Positions 37,939 through 47,310 of a DNA stretch of 64,000 nt are shown one piece after another; positions within the stretch are counted from its first letter, which is position 1; each line of letters opens with the position of its first letter. The position numbers and the translations under genes were made by a program. The DNA comes from Myxococcota bacterium (lineage in GTDB: Bacteria; Myxococcota_A; Polyangia; Polyangiales; Houyiibacteriaceae), in contig JANQQS010000095.1 of the NCBI GenBank assembly GCA_028284955.1, forward strand, positions 27,076-91,075. Direction: 5' to 3'. Under the pieces are notes generated by a model. That model was given only the letters and a program-made list of their open reading frames with translations, searched no databases and was not told the origin of the DNA.

Positions 37939-38859
37939 ATGGTAAGAAAACCCCGGGTAGCGTTCGTTGGATCAGGTGGTGCCACCAAAGGCATCGCCCA
38001 CCTCGGGGTTTTGAAGGCCATGGAGGAACTGGAGCTATCCTGCGATATCTTCGTCGGCGCATCCGCCGGGGCCATCGCCTCGGCATTCTACGCGCAGGGC
38101 TTTAGCACTTCGGACATGGTGGACTGGTTTCGCCCCTTTTGGCGACGACGCCAAGCTGAACGAGTCCTCAAAGGGCGACACTTCTTGGGCTTGCCAACCC
38201 GCGAACAAATCGCCCGCCCCGGCTACCTCACCAGCGGCGTGTTTTCGATCGACCGGTTTGAGCGGTTCTTGCGCGAGACCCTTCCGGTCAACGACTTTCG
38301 CCACTTGCAGCGAACGTTGCTGGTGACCGCGGCCGATATTGATGGCCGGGGGCGTGCCGTGTTTGGCTTGGGGCACCGCGATGACGTGCCCATCAGTCAG
38401 GCCGTGGCCGCTTCTTCATGCGTGCCCGTGCTCTTTCGCCCGTATCGCATCGGCGACCGATTTTATATTGACGGCGAGGTCGTGCGAACGCTGAGTTTGG
38501 ATCTCGCGGTCGATGCCGGCGCCGACATTGTGGTGGTATCGAACGTATATCGGCCCAGCGTCAATCGTCGAAAGCGCTCCATCAGCCACCAAGGAGGAAC
38601 CGCGGTGGCTCGACAGGCGCTGAACATCATCCTGAGCGAAAAGGAAAAGCGCGGCATCGATCTGATTCATCGGCTTTACCCTCACGTCACCGTCTTCAAT
38701 ATCGCAGCCGACCTGGGCGCGATTCCTTTTACTTCGCGCGCGCATGCCCGCCGACTGCTTACCCGCGGCTACCGCGAGGCCATGCGGGTGCTCCGAACCG
38801 CGAAGCAACGCGGGGTGTTTGATTACGTGTCGAACGTGCATCTCGTGGGAGAAGCCTAG
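37939..38859 (+). CDS. patatin-like phospholipase
   Basis: Oxyanion GSGGATKG, nucleophile elbow GASAG, catalytic Asp in YIDGEV. Confidence 0.85.
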   Translation: MVRKPRVAFVGSGGATKGIAHLGVLKAMEELELSCDIFVGASAGAIASAFYAQGFSTSDMVDWFRPFWRRRQAERVLKGRHFLGLPTREQIARPGYLTSGVFSIDRFERFLRETLPVNDFRHLQRTLLVTAADIDGRGRAVFGLGHRDDVPISQAVAASSCVPVLFRPYRIGDRFYIDGEVVRTLSLDLAVDAGADIVVVSNVYRPSVNRRKRSISHQGGTAVARQALNIILSEKEKRGIDLIHRLYPHVTVFNIAADLGAIPFTSRAHARRLLTRGYREAMRVLRTAKQRGVFDYVSNVHLVGEA

Positions 38860-38882
38860 ACCGCGTTCATGCACGCGGTCTA
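38857..38882. terminator. hairpin between convergent genes (possible bidirectional terminator, no T-run)
   Basis: Perfect 9-bp stem tagaccgcg / cgcggtcta with an 8-nt loop, between the patatin stop and the cutA stop. Confidence 0.4.
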
Positions 38883-38885
38883 GCC

Positions 38886-39209
38886 CTACGGTTCGGGCAT
38901 ACACTGCTCAGCGAGCCACTTCAGATACGCTGGGGCGCCGTCTTCGATCGGCAGGGCAATGATTTCGGGCACGTCGTACGGATGGTGTTCGCTCAGCCAA
39001 TCGCGAAGCGCGCAAAAGCGATGAGCCGCGGTTTTGATGACCAGCAGGGATTCAGCATCGTCGCATACCTCGCCCTGGTAGCGGTAAATAGAGCGGACCG
39101 AAGGGACGATATTCACGCACGCGCCGAGTTTTTGCTCAACCAGCGAGCGCGCAAGGCGTGCGCCGGTTTCGGCATCGGGGACGGTACACAAGACGACCCG
39201 CGTATCCAT
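38886..39209 (-). CDS. cutA: divalent-cation tolerance protein CutA
   Basis: VVLCTVPDAETGARLARSLVEQKLGACVNIVPSVRSIYRYQGEV...LVIKT...HPYDVPEIIALPI is a classic CutA1 sequence. Confidence 0.9.
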   Translation of the reverse strand: MDTRVVLCTVPDAETGARLARSLVEQKLGACVNIVPSVRSIYRYQGEVCDDAESLLVIKTAAHRFCALRDWLSEHHPYDVPEIIALPIEDGAPAYLKWLAEQCMPEP

Positions 39210-39212
39210 GGA

Positions 39213-39815
39213 TCAGAGCCCCACCACCGGCGCGGTGGCGCCCGGTCGAACAATGACCGTTCCGGTCTCTCGCCACCCCGGGAGAAGATATCGGAGCCAT
39301 CGGCGCGCTTCCTCTCGAACGGTTACCGAAACGATGAGGTCGGTGTCTTGTAGCGCAGAGGGAATCGACCGGCCTCCCCATCGCTGAGACACCGGCGCGA
39401 CCACGAGCTGGTCCACATTGATGATCTGCGAAACCGGTTGTTGCATGTTGAAGTGACCCCGTCGCGGATGATGGGCGATCGCGTTGACCATCTGCTCTCG
39501 CGAACGCAGGGCCGACCGCATGCGAGCCGCGCCGCGCACCAACTGGTCGGCAAGCAAATCGTTCAGCTCGCTCTCGTTTCCGTCTCGTACCGCGCGAAGC
39601 AAACGCACAGTAACCGCGCGGGCAAAATCGTACCCGCCGGAAGCGGCGATTCCCACCGTTTCACCGGTCGTGGGTCGATTCGCGGGTTCTGGCGCGTAGG
39701 GCGTCGGATCCCAATCGGTGACAGGCGACCGCGACTCGGCCGTGGATTCGATCGCGGCACCGCACGAGAGCAAGGTGGTCGCCACGACGCAGCCGAAACA
39801 CGCGATAAGCCTCAT
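39213..39815 (-). CDS. hypothetical lipoprotein
   Basis: Lipobox TTLLSCG. A 3-nt gap separates it from cutA, so probably the same operon. Confidence 0.6.
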   Translation of the reverse strand: MRLIACFGCVVATTLLSCGAAIESTAESRSPVTDWDPTPYAPEPANRPTTGETVGIAASGGYDFARAVTVRLLRAVRDGNESELNDLLADQLVRGAARMRSALRSREQMVNAIAHHPRRGHFNMQQPVSQIINVDQLVVAPVSQRWGGRSIPSALQDTDLIVSVTVREEARRWLRYLLPGWRETGTVIVRPGATAPVVGL

Positions 39816-39842
39816 GATGAGTCGTCCCCTTGCGGTCTCGTG

Positions 39843-40742
39843 CTAGAGAGGTGCGATGGTGACCTGAAGTTGCCGATCGATCGCCACCACCGAACCGTCG
39901 TCGACGCGGCGATAATCCTCTGCTTCTTTGCGAGACGACCCGATTCCGGAAGAATCTGTCCCAGACGAATCGGCTTCTGGAGAATCGGCCTCTGGAGCGT
40001 CGGAACTGGGCACGCGAGCACTGTCGCTGACGATCATCACATACCGGAGCACGGAAGGTGCCCCGGCGCGTGCCGGCAAAGTCTCCTCGGGCGGGTCGTG
40101 GAGTCCACGCCGCTCGACGAACATCATCGGACCACCTCGGCACACCCCAATCATTTGGCGGCCGTTGGCGAGCACGAGATTCACGGTGCTCCGCTCGCCG
40201 CGCACCTCTGCCGTGAGCCGATCCACCAAAGCTACTGCCGAACGAACCGCGGCGACGACCTGATGAGTGGGGACATCTGGATTGTCCACTTGACCAGCAT
40301 CGTGAAGAAACGAAATCACCAGATGAAATAGGTGCTCGCTGTCGGTCTTTCCGCGAATATTTCTTCGCAGAAAATCTGGAATTGCTTCCAGCAACCGCGC
40401 GCGAACATGACCGAACCGTTCGATGGTTCCGGTGTGGGCAAAAAGCCATGACCGAAAACGAAATGGATGCGTGTTGTATGAATGCAGGTCACCCACGGTA
40501 GGTGTTCGCAAGTGGCACACGATGGAGTCCGACTGGACGTCTGACGCAAGCTGAACCCAGGGAATGCTGGCATCGAGCTGGGGACGTTTCTTGTGCAACA
40601 CCTCCCCTCCTTGATGAAAACCGACGCCCCAACCTGCAGGCCCCGTGCTTTGCCCGCGCGACCCGAGCACCGCGCGCTCTTGATGAAGAGCCGCGCGAAA
40701 CCGGTCGGTGCGGTTCGCCATATATCCCACCAGTCGCCCCAT
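39843..40742 (-). CDS. class II (Ntn) glutamine amidotransferase-like protein lacking the N-terminal Cys
   Basis: MGRLVGYMAN...GWGVGFHQGG...HLRTPTVGDLHSYNTHPFRFRSWLFAHTGTI follows the YafJ-type GATase_4 pattern. Residue 2 is Gly (codon GGG) where the nucleophile Cys is expected. Confidence 0.7.
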   Translation of the reverse strand: MGRLVGYMANRTDRFRAALHQERAVLGSRGQSTGPAGWGVGFHQGGEVLHKKRPQLDASIPWVQLASDVQSDSIVCHLRTPTVGDLHSYNTHPFRFRSWLFAHTGTIERFGHVRARLLEAIPDFLRRNIRGKTDSEHLFHLVISFLHDAGQVDNPDVPTHQVVAAVRSAVALVDRLTAEVRGERSTVNLVLANGRQMIGVCRGGPMMFVERRGLHDPPEETLPARAGAPSVLRYVMIVSDSARVPSSDAPEADSPEADSSGTDSSGIGSSRKEAEDYRRVDDGSVVAIDRQLQVTIAPL

Positions 40743-40804
40743 ATTGACCTCCGCTCGCAGCTCCTTCCGTGTTTGGCTTTCCTACGCTCTTTCGCGAAAC
40801 TCGT

Positions 40805-40978
40805 TCAGCCCTGACCCTCGCGACCCCAACGCTCGTTCGCTTCCTCAAGAATGCGCCTAGCTCGGACAGCTGCGCTGCGATTGCCCCAAGCCACAGCGAT
40901 TCGCACCAAGACTACGCCGACAAAGGCGATCGCGACCGCGGCAAACGCGCCATTGAGATTGACCAGGAACAACCACAT
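40805..40978 (-). CDS. possible small single-TM protein
   Basis: GGAGG ribosome-binding site 4 nt before the ATG at 40978. MWLFLVNLNGAFAAVAIAFVGVVLVRIAVAWG is a TM helix. Lies upstream of the GATase-like gene on the same strand. Confidence 0.35.
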   Translation of the reverse strand: MWLFLVNLNGAFAAVAIAFVGVVLVRIAVAWGNRSAAVRARRILEEANERWGREGQG

Positions 40979-41127
40979 GGCGCCTCCGTGGATACTGTTC
41001 AAAATAGCATGACTGCTGCATCGCATCAATGAACCGCGCACCGGCCGTTGCATCCTCAATGCGATCGAACGCCGACGTCTGGACCGTTTGTTGGTCTCAT
41101 TCGAGCGCGCCTGGTAGTGGTTGAGAG

Positions 41128-42033
41128 GTGCACCGCCAGATCGATCAGTACCTGGATCATCTGCGTGTCGAACGAGGGCTCAGCGCGCGGACGCTCGACG
41201 CGTACGCTGCCGATCTGCAGCGGTTTGTCAGTTTTGTTACAAACGACGATGAACCTCCCGAACCCGAAGCGATCGATGCGCCTCAGATCTCCGCGTTTTT
41301 GGTACACCTCTCGGAAACCGGTTTGGCCGCGCGATCGCAAGCGAGGTCGCTCAGCGCGCTGCGCGGCTTCTTTCGCTACCTCCGAGCAGAACGCACGATC
41401 GAAATCGACCCCGCAGAGCTGATCGAGAGCCCCAAACTCATCCGCAAGCTCCCCGGGGTGTTGAGCCGAGACGAGACGCTGCGCCTCCTCGACTCCCCGA
41501 TCCTCAACTCCCCAAACGGGAACGAACCTATCCCCACCCGGGACCGCGCGATGTTGCACACGATGTACGCCAGCGGCTTGCGGGTAAGCGAGTTGGTGAG
41601 CCTGAAGCTTACCCAGGTGAATCTGGAAACCGGTTTTGTCACTCCGGTCGGCAAAGGAGCTCGAGAACGGTTGATTCCGCTGCATCGGGAGGCCGTCGAG
41701 CTGATCACGCGCTACCTCCGCGACATCCGGCCGCGATGGGAGAAGCGACGGAGAGCGGAGGTGTTCTTGTCGCCACGGGGCGGCCCACTCACCCGTCAAG
41801 CGTTTTGGAAAATTGTAAAAAAGTACGCGACGCGCGCAGGAATCACGCGACCCGTATCCCCCCATTCGCTTCGCCACTCATTTGCCACACATCTGCTCAC
41901 CGGTGGCGCAGACTTGCGCACCGTGCAAACCATGTTGGGCCACTCAGATATCAGCACGACCCAGATATACACATCGATCAGCGAAGATCGACTGCGCGAA
42001 GTCCATTCCACATATCATCCTCGAGCCAAATAG
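41128..42033 (+). CDS. xerD: site-specific tyrosine recombinase XerD
   Basis: YLDHLRVERGLSARTLDAYAADL..., LTRQAFWKIVKKYA, SPHSLRHSFATHLLTGGADLRTVQTMLGHSDISTTQIYT. GTG start. Confidence 0.9.
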   Translation: MHRQIDQYLDHLRVERGLSARTLDAYAADLQRFVSFVTNDDEPPEPEAIDAPQISAFLVHLSETGLAARSQARSLSALRGFFRYLRAERTIEIDPAELIESPKLIRKLPGVLSRDETLRLLDSPILNSPNGNEPIPTRDRAMLHTMYASGLRVSELVSLKLTQVNLETGFVTPVGKGARERLIPLHREAVELITRYLRDIRPRWEKRRRAEVFLSPRGGPLTRQAFWKIVKKYATRAGITRPVSPHSLRHSFATHLLTGGADLRTVQTMLGHSDISTTQIYTSISEDRLREVHSTYHPRAK

Positions 42034-42145
42034 TAGCCTAATTTCAATACATTAGGTGCGCTTGCGAGGGAACTCGAAGGTGCAGATCGAGTCTATCTGT
42101 GCCTACTTGGCACATGAGACTTTTTGTGCAAACTTGAGCCGAAGC

Positions 42146-44578
42146 ATGAACCCAGACCCGGTGCATGAACTGCTGATGCTCGGACGAGCGGTCGAACTCA
42201 GCCCTAGCTCGGACGAGGTTGTCCGCGCGCGAACGGCGTACCTCCACGCGTGGGCTGGCCAACAACCAGAAGCCTCGAAACAGGCCCAGCTTGTCCTCGA
42301 CCGGGCGAAGAAGCCGCAAGCCGCATCCTGGGCGCTCGCGGCGATGGGTGAGCTCCATGTGCAAGAGGAGCGCTCCGACGCCGCGATCGCGAAGTTTCGA
42401 AGCGCGTTGGAAAACGCGACGCGTGCGGAGGATCGCCAGGCGGAAACGCATTTCGCCATTCGACTCGCCGAGCTGCTGATCGACCAGGCCGCATTGGGCG
42501 AAGCGGATGATTGGCTCTGCCGCGTTCGAGACAACCTCCCAGATTTTGGTGCCGCAGATGATTCTGGTGCTGCAGATTCAGTGGAGAATCTCGACCGTCT
42601 CAACCATGCAATTCAGAGCGCGCGGGTGCGCGCGGCGCACGGGTCGGTGGATGAAGCGGTTCAATCACTCCTCGAGATCGCTGAGCGCGCAGGCGCGACG
42701 CAATGTCTCGACGCGGATTGGAAAGCGCACGCACAGTTGAGCCTTCTCTACTCGCAAAAAGGTCAGAGTTTTACTGCGCGAAAGCATGATCAATCGGCGA
42801 TGGAAGCGCTGGAGTCGATCGCCGCATCGTTGCCTCCGCCGCTGCGGGCATCCTTTTTCCGACATCCAAAACGCCGGGACGTTCGGGAGCGAGCCCTAAC
42901 CGTTCCTTCCGAGCCCGCGTTGCCGATCCCCACGACCGTCTCAAATCCCGCCAAACGACTGCTCGACATTATCAAGCGCCTCGCCGGAGAACACGATATC
43001 GATCGATTGCTCGAGCGCATTACCGATAGCGCGATTGAGCTCTCGGGAGCCGAGCGCGGGTTCGTATTGCTGGTGGGCGAGGACGGGCAGCTGGAGCCGC
43101 ACTTGGTGCGCGACGCGACCACGACCCCAACCGATCCATCGGTCAAGTTCAGTCGTTCGATCGCGGAGGCAGTGCTCATCGACGGCGAAGCGATCGTCAC
43201 GGTCAATGCGCGCGACGATCTTCGCCTGGCCGAGTATCTCTCGGTGCACGAGCTGATGCTGCAGTCGGTGGCGTGTGTACCGATTCGAGCGCGCGGAAAA
43301 AACTTGGGGGTTCTCTACTTAGAGCACCGCGGTCGACGTGGTCGTTTTGAAGAATCGGATCTCGAAACGCTAGGAGCCTTCGCCGATCAAGCTGCGCTCG
43401 CACTGTACAACGCGCGGCTACTCGCGGACCTGGGTCGACGAGAGACAGAGCTGCGTCGCGCCTATGAAGAACTTGAACAGGCCAAAACCCAGGTCGATGA
43501 GGTGCTTTCCGTACGTACTGAGGAGCTCGCGGCGACGCGGCGCAAGCTCGAGACGATGCGCAGCGAACCCCACAGCCGATACCAAGCGCACGGCATCGTC
43601 GGACGCAGCCCGCCGCTGCTTCGCATGTTCGATCTCATGGATCGAATTCGCGATACCGACGTGCCCGTTATGATTCAGGGCGAGAGCGGAACCGGCAAGG
43701 AGTTGGTGGCGCGAGCGATCCATTTTGGGGGGACGCGGCGAGACGGCCCCTTTGTTGCGCTCAACTGCGGCGCGGTCCCCGAAGCGTTGCTCGAGAGCGA
43801 GCTCTTTGGCCACGTCCGCGGGGCATTCACAGGAGCCCACCGCGACCGGGCAGGAGTATTGAGCCAGGCCACCGGTGGGACCTTGTTCCTCGATGAGATC
43901 GCAGACATGCCGGCAAAGATGCAAATCGACTTGCTCCGGGTGCTCCAAGACGGAACGCTCAAACGCGTCGGAGCATCGGAAGAAGAACGAGTCGATGTGC
44001 GCATCATCTGCGCGTCCAACCGGCCGCTGCAGGACATGGTACGACAAGGCAGTTTTCGAGAGGATTTGTACTACCGCCTACACGTCGTAGAAATCAATCT
44101 CCCCCCGCTGCGCATGCGCCTCGACGACCTGCCGCTGCTCTGCGACCATTTTCTCAAACGGTTTTCTAGCCGCGAGGGTTTGACCCAAAAACGTTTGAGC
44201 AAAGAAGCCCTCGCGATGCTTCAGACTCACCCTTTTCCAGGCAATATTCGGCAACTCGAGCATGCGCTGCTGAGCGCGTGTGTGATGAGCCCGGAAACGT
44301 TGATCGAAGCGTCCGATCTCCGGCCGCTGCTTGGATCATCGGAGACTGGATCATCGAGGGTGACGACGGGCGTAGCCGACATCACCACCTCGCAACGATC
44401 GAAACCGCAGTGGTCCGAACCCGTCGCGGAAACCCTCGATGACTTCAAATCGCAAGAAAAAAAGCGCATCCTGGCAGCGCTGGATCAACACAGCTGGAAT
44501 CGCGCGAGCGCGGCCCGAGCGCTTGATATGCCTCGCCGAACCTTCTATCGACGCCTCAAAGAACACGGGATACTCTGA
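42146..44578 (+). CDS. sigma-54-dependent transcriptional activator (TPR-like N-terminus + GAF + AAA+ + Fis-type HTH)
   Basis: GESGTGKELVARAIH, ESELFGHVRGAFTGA, FLDEI; GAF-like block (GFVLLVGEDGQL...VACVPIRARGKNLGVLYLE); C-terminal NRASAARALDMPRRTFYRRLKEHGI. Confidence 0.9.
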   Translation: MNPDPVHELLMLGRAVELSPSSDEVVRARTAYLHAWAGQQPEASKQAQLVLDRAKKPQAASWALAAMGELHVQEERSDAAIAKFRSALENATRAEDRQAETHFAIRLAELLIDQAALGEADDWLCRVRDNLPDFGAADDSGAADSVENLDRLNHAIQSARVRAAHGSVDEAVQSLLEIAERAGATQCLDADWKAHAQLSLLYSQKGQSFTARKHDQSAMEALESIAASLPPPLRASFFRHPKRRDVRERALTVPSEPALPIPTTVSNPAKRLLDIIKRLAGEHDIDRLLERITDSAIELSGAERGFVLLVGEDGQLEPHLVRDATTTPTDPSVKFSRSIAEAVLIDGEAIVTVNARDDLRLAEYLSVHELMLQSVACVPIRARGKNLGVLYLEHRGRRGRFEESDLETLGAFADQAALALYNARLLADLGRRETELRRAYEELEQAKTQVDEVLSVRTEELAATRRKLETMRSEPHSRYQAHGIVGRSPPLLRMFDLMDRIRDTDVPVMIQGESGTGKELVARAIHFGGTRRDGPFVALNCGAVPEALLESELFGHVRGAFTGAHRDRAGVLSQATGGTLFLDEIADMPAKMQIDLLRVLQDGTLKRVGASEEERVDVRIICASNRPLQDMVRQGSFREDLYYRLHVVEINLPPLRMRLDDLPLLCDHFLKRFSSREGLTQKRLSKEALAMLQTHPFPGNIRQLEHALLSACVMSPETLIEASDLRPLLGSSETGSSRVTTGVADITTSQRSKPQWSEPVAETLDDFKSQEKKRILAALDQHSWNRASAARALDMPRRTFYRRLKEHGIL

Positions 44579-44632
44579 CCTGCGCCGATGGTCCGCCAAT
44601 TCAATAGATGCCGATCCAGCGGAGCCAGGACA

Positions 44633-44854
44633 ATGGTCAGCTTATCCAAAGTTCTGGCACTCCTCTTGTGTGGATTGGGAAGCGGATGTCCGCGAGACAT
44701 TCAAATCCCTGACGCGCCGAACGGCCAACCGTGCAACGAGGATATCGACTGCGCGCCGGATGGTGGCGCCGCGTGTGGGGAAATCCGATCCTGTATCGCT
44801 GGGCAATGCGAAATCAGCCCGTCCCGCAGCGTGCCATGCCTCGATTCACCGTAG
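44633..44854 (+). CDS. small Cys-rich lipoprotein (hypothetical)
   Basis: MVSLSKVLALLLCGLGSGC lipobox, then CNEDIDC...CGEIRSCIAGQC. 73 aa. Overlaps the cobC 3' end by 9 bp. Confidence 0.45.
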   Translation: MVSLSKVLALLLCGLGSGCPRDIQIPDAPNGQPCNEDIDCAPDGGAACGEIRSCIAGQCEISPSRSVPCLDSP

Positions 44855-45421
44855 ATCGGCTGGCGAGGGCGAAAACTGGATGGGCGCGAGATGCGGCACA
44901 GATCGCCGCATCGCACTTCGCCAATCGGCGCCTTCCACGATCACTCGAAGCGCGCGGATAACGCCTGCGTGGGCCACCGCCAGATGGACGCCTTGCGCGT
45001 CAGGTTCGGACAGGAGCGCGCGGTACCACGCCTCGACCCGATGTCGAAGCTGGAGCACAGATTCACCGCCGGGCGGCACGATATTCATCCAATCCTGCAT
45101 CCAGCCCGAAAACGCCTGGGCGTCACTGCGCTGGATATCCTCCCAGCTTCGCCCTTCCCACGCGCCAAAGCTGATCTCGAGCAACCGTTGGTCGACGCGA
45201 AGAGGCACCGACAGCGCCTTCGCGATGCAAACGGCTAAATCATGACAGCGTGAAAGGGGCGACGACCAAATCGTGTCAATGCGTGCGGGAAGAGCCCCCA
45301 GAACTTCCGTCGCAGCGAGCTCTGGAGCCTTTATTGCGGGTACATCGTGTTGACCGTAACAGAGGCCCTCCGCATCTACCGGGGCATGCCGGACGGCCCA
45401 AAGGCTTGACTCGTGAATCAC
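44846..45421 (-). CDS. cobC: histidine phosphatase family protein, probable alpha-ribazole phosphatase
   Basis: LWAVRHAPV (RH motif), GGES, HAGVIRAL. Directly downstream of cobT-cobS. Confidence 0.7.
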   Translation of the reverse strand: MIHESSLWAVRHAPVDAEGLCYGQHDVPAIKAPELAATEVLGALPARIDTIWSSPLSRCHDLAVCIAKALSVPLRVDQRLLEISFGAWEGRSWEDIQRSDAQAFSGWMQDWMNIVPPGGESVLQLRHRVEAWYRALLSEPDAQGVHLAVAHAGVIRALRVIVEGADWRSAMRRSVPHLAPIQFSPSPADLR

Positions 45422-45439
45422 TTCAAGACCCCGATCACC

Positions 45440-46201
45440 CTATACGCTGACCAAAACAAAAAGTAAGCCACACTCTGCAATTTGCTCCGTCGCTCCGAGA
45501 AAGTCTCCTGTAATACCGCCTGCGCGCACAAAAAAACGCCAAGCGCAGAGCGCCGCGACGAGCATCATGGTGACCACGCAGCCCGCGATCTCATCCGCCC
45601 GTAACCATCCCGCCCCGTATCCCAAAACCAGCGCCAGACCACCAAAACCGGTCGCGAGCAACGCCTGACGCCAGTCGGCTCTCGCGACGCGACGGCTTTT
45701 CGATACTGGGTCAGTGGTGACATACGGCAGAGCGATCATCAGCCACACCGGCGGCGTGCGAGCCAGAGCTTGGGTCAATACCATCGCTGGCGGCGCAGAA
45801 TCACCGAGCGCGGAAAGCAACGCGATGCGCAATCCCATGACGATGACCAGCGCCGACGCGCCAAACGTGCCGATCCGGCTGTCTTTGAGGATCTCGTGGA
45901 GTTTCTCTCGATCATAGGCGCCCCCGAGTGCATCGGCGGTGTCGGCGAGCCCGTCTTCGTGAAATGCTCCGGTAATCAGCAAGCCAGCGCCTACCGCGAA
46001 GAACGCTCCCGCCACCACTCCCGCGCACGAGCCGAGCCACCACGCGGCCGACATCAAGCCGCCGACCAACAAACCAACCGCCGGAAACCACCCCGTAGAC
46101 CACTTCCAATCACCGGAGCGATAGGGAAATCCGCCTACGGGAATACGGGTAAGGAAAACGACTGCAGCGCGGCCACCGCGCACATAAGGCGGAAATCTCA
46201 C
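45440..46201 (-). CDS. cobS: adenosylcobinamide-GDP ribazoletransferase (cobalamin synthase)
   Basis: Polytopic membrane protein with FLTRIPV and GAFHEDGLADTADA motifs. The GTG at 46201 overlaps the cobT TGA (GTGA). Confidence 0.85.
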   Translation of the reverse strand: MRFPPYVRGGRAAVVFLTRIPVGGFPYRSGDWKWSTGWFPAVGLLVGGLMSAAWWLGSCAGVVAGAFFAVGAGLLITGAFHEDGLADTADALGGAYDREKLHEILKDSRIGTFGASALVIVMGLRIALLSALGDSAPPAMVLTQALARTPPVWLMIALPYVTTDPVSKSRRVARADWRQALLATGFGGLALVLGYGAGWLRADEIAGCVVTMMLVAALCAWRFFVRAGGITGDFLGATEQIAECGLLFVLVSV

Positions 46202-47310
46202 GTGGAATCTCGATCGGGAACCTTTGCGTCGGCGAATGTCGCCATGTCGCGATGGATCACGCACGCGAGATCAAGCAAAGAAAGCGCGGAAAGCGCGCCG
46301 GTGGCTTCGCCGAGTGCGAAATCAAGATCGAGAAGTGGCTGAACGCCGAGCGTTTCGAGCATCGCCCCATGCGCCGGCTCGCGGCTCCGATGAGCGAAGA
46401 CCAGGTAATCGACAACCTGCGGCTCGAACCGCGTCGCCACGAGCGCCGCCGCCGTCACGATGACGCCATCGATCAATGCGACGATGCGACGTTCGGCAGA
46501 TCGGATGATGGCAGCGGTCAGCGCGGCGATTTCTCGCCCCCCAACTTTGCGCAGCACTTCAAGCGGGCCGCACCTCTCAGCGCGCGCTGCGGCGTCACGC
46601 ACGACGTCAATCTTGGCGAGCAATCGACTGCGATCGAGCCCCGTCCCGTGTCCTGTCACCGTCTCAGGAGTAGCCCCGAGTATCGAGCAAGCGATCGCCG
46701 CAGCAGGGGTGGTGTTGCCAATGCCCATGTCGCCAAGCGCGACGACGCGAGTGTCCGGAGGCAGCTCATCCACCGCGTCTCGGCCCGCACGAAGGGCGAG
46801 CTCGAAGGTTTGTGCGGACATCGCATCCTCCACCCGGATGTCTCCCGCGACGGTTGCTGCAGCGTCGTGCCGGAGCAGGCTGGGTTCCCATCCATCGCGC
46901 TCTGCCGCTGGGGTCGTGTCGTGGCACGTTGGAACGTCGTACGGATTCTCCACACCAACATCGACCACCCGCAGCGCAACCCCCAAATGCCGCGCCATGA
47001 CGCTTGATGCGGCGCCGCCGCACAGAAAATTCTGCATCATCGCCGCGGTGACGGCTTGCGGGTAGGCGCTTACCCCATGACGGCATACCGGATGGTCTGC
47101 CGCGAAGATCAACGTTGCGGCGGGTCGACTAGACGGGTGGGACGAGGACTGAATGGCGGCCAGCGTTTGAGCGAGTCGCTCCAGACGCCCCAAGCTGCCG
47201 GGTGGCTTGGTGAGCTGCGCATCCCGATCGCGCGCTCCTTCCCTGGCGCGCCCATCGAGCGGCGGAATATTGGGATTCCACCACGAAAGCCTTTCCTTCG
47301 CGCTTGTCAT
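46198..47310 (-). CDS. cobT: nicotinate-nucleotide--dimethylbenzimidazole phosphoribosyltransferase
   Basis: LTKPPGSLGRLERLA, GDMGIGNTTPAAAI, LGEATGA. Confidence 0.9.
   Translation of the reverse strand: MTSAKERLSWWNPNIPPLDGRAREGARDRDAQLTKPPGSLGRLERLAQTLAAIQSSSHPSSRPAATLIFAADHPVCRHGVSAYPQAVTAAMMQNFLCGGAASSVMARHLGVALRVVDVGVENPYDVPTCHDTTPAAERDGWEPSLLRHDAAATVAGDIRVEDAMSAQTFELALRAGRDAVDELPPDTRVVALGDMGIGNTTPAAAIACSILGATPETVTGHGTGLDRSRLLAKIDVVRDAAARAERCGPLEVLRKVGGREIAALTAAIIRSAERRIVALIDGVIVTAAALVATRFEPQVVDYLVFAHRSREPAHGAMLETLGVQPLLDLDFALGEATGALSALSLLDLACVIHRDMATFADAKVPDRDST

Noticed and set aside
37939-38859. Patatin-like phospholipase as the effector of a CBASS-type or other anti-phage defence system.
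   Set aside because: No cyclase, CD-NTase, SMODS, TIR or other sensor gene is adjacent. The neighbours are a TPR membrane protein and a convergent cutA operon. It is more simply a stand-alone lipase.
41128-42033. Tyrosine recombinase as a marker of a prophage or integrative element.
   Set aside because: The sequence is a full-length XerD-type housekeeping recombinase (LTRQAFWK, GADLRTVQTMLGH). I saw no adjacent phage genes, tRNA target or flanking direct repeats.
44655-44669. Sigma-54 promoter-like TGGCAC-N5-TTGT, and a second TGGCAC at 18559-18564. These were of interest because a sigma-54 activator is encoded nearby.
   Set aside because: The first lies inside the signal-peptide coding region of a small ORF and has TTGT rather than TTGC. 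The second has wrong -24/-12 spacing and no downstream gene on that strand.
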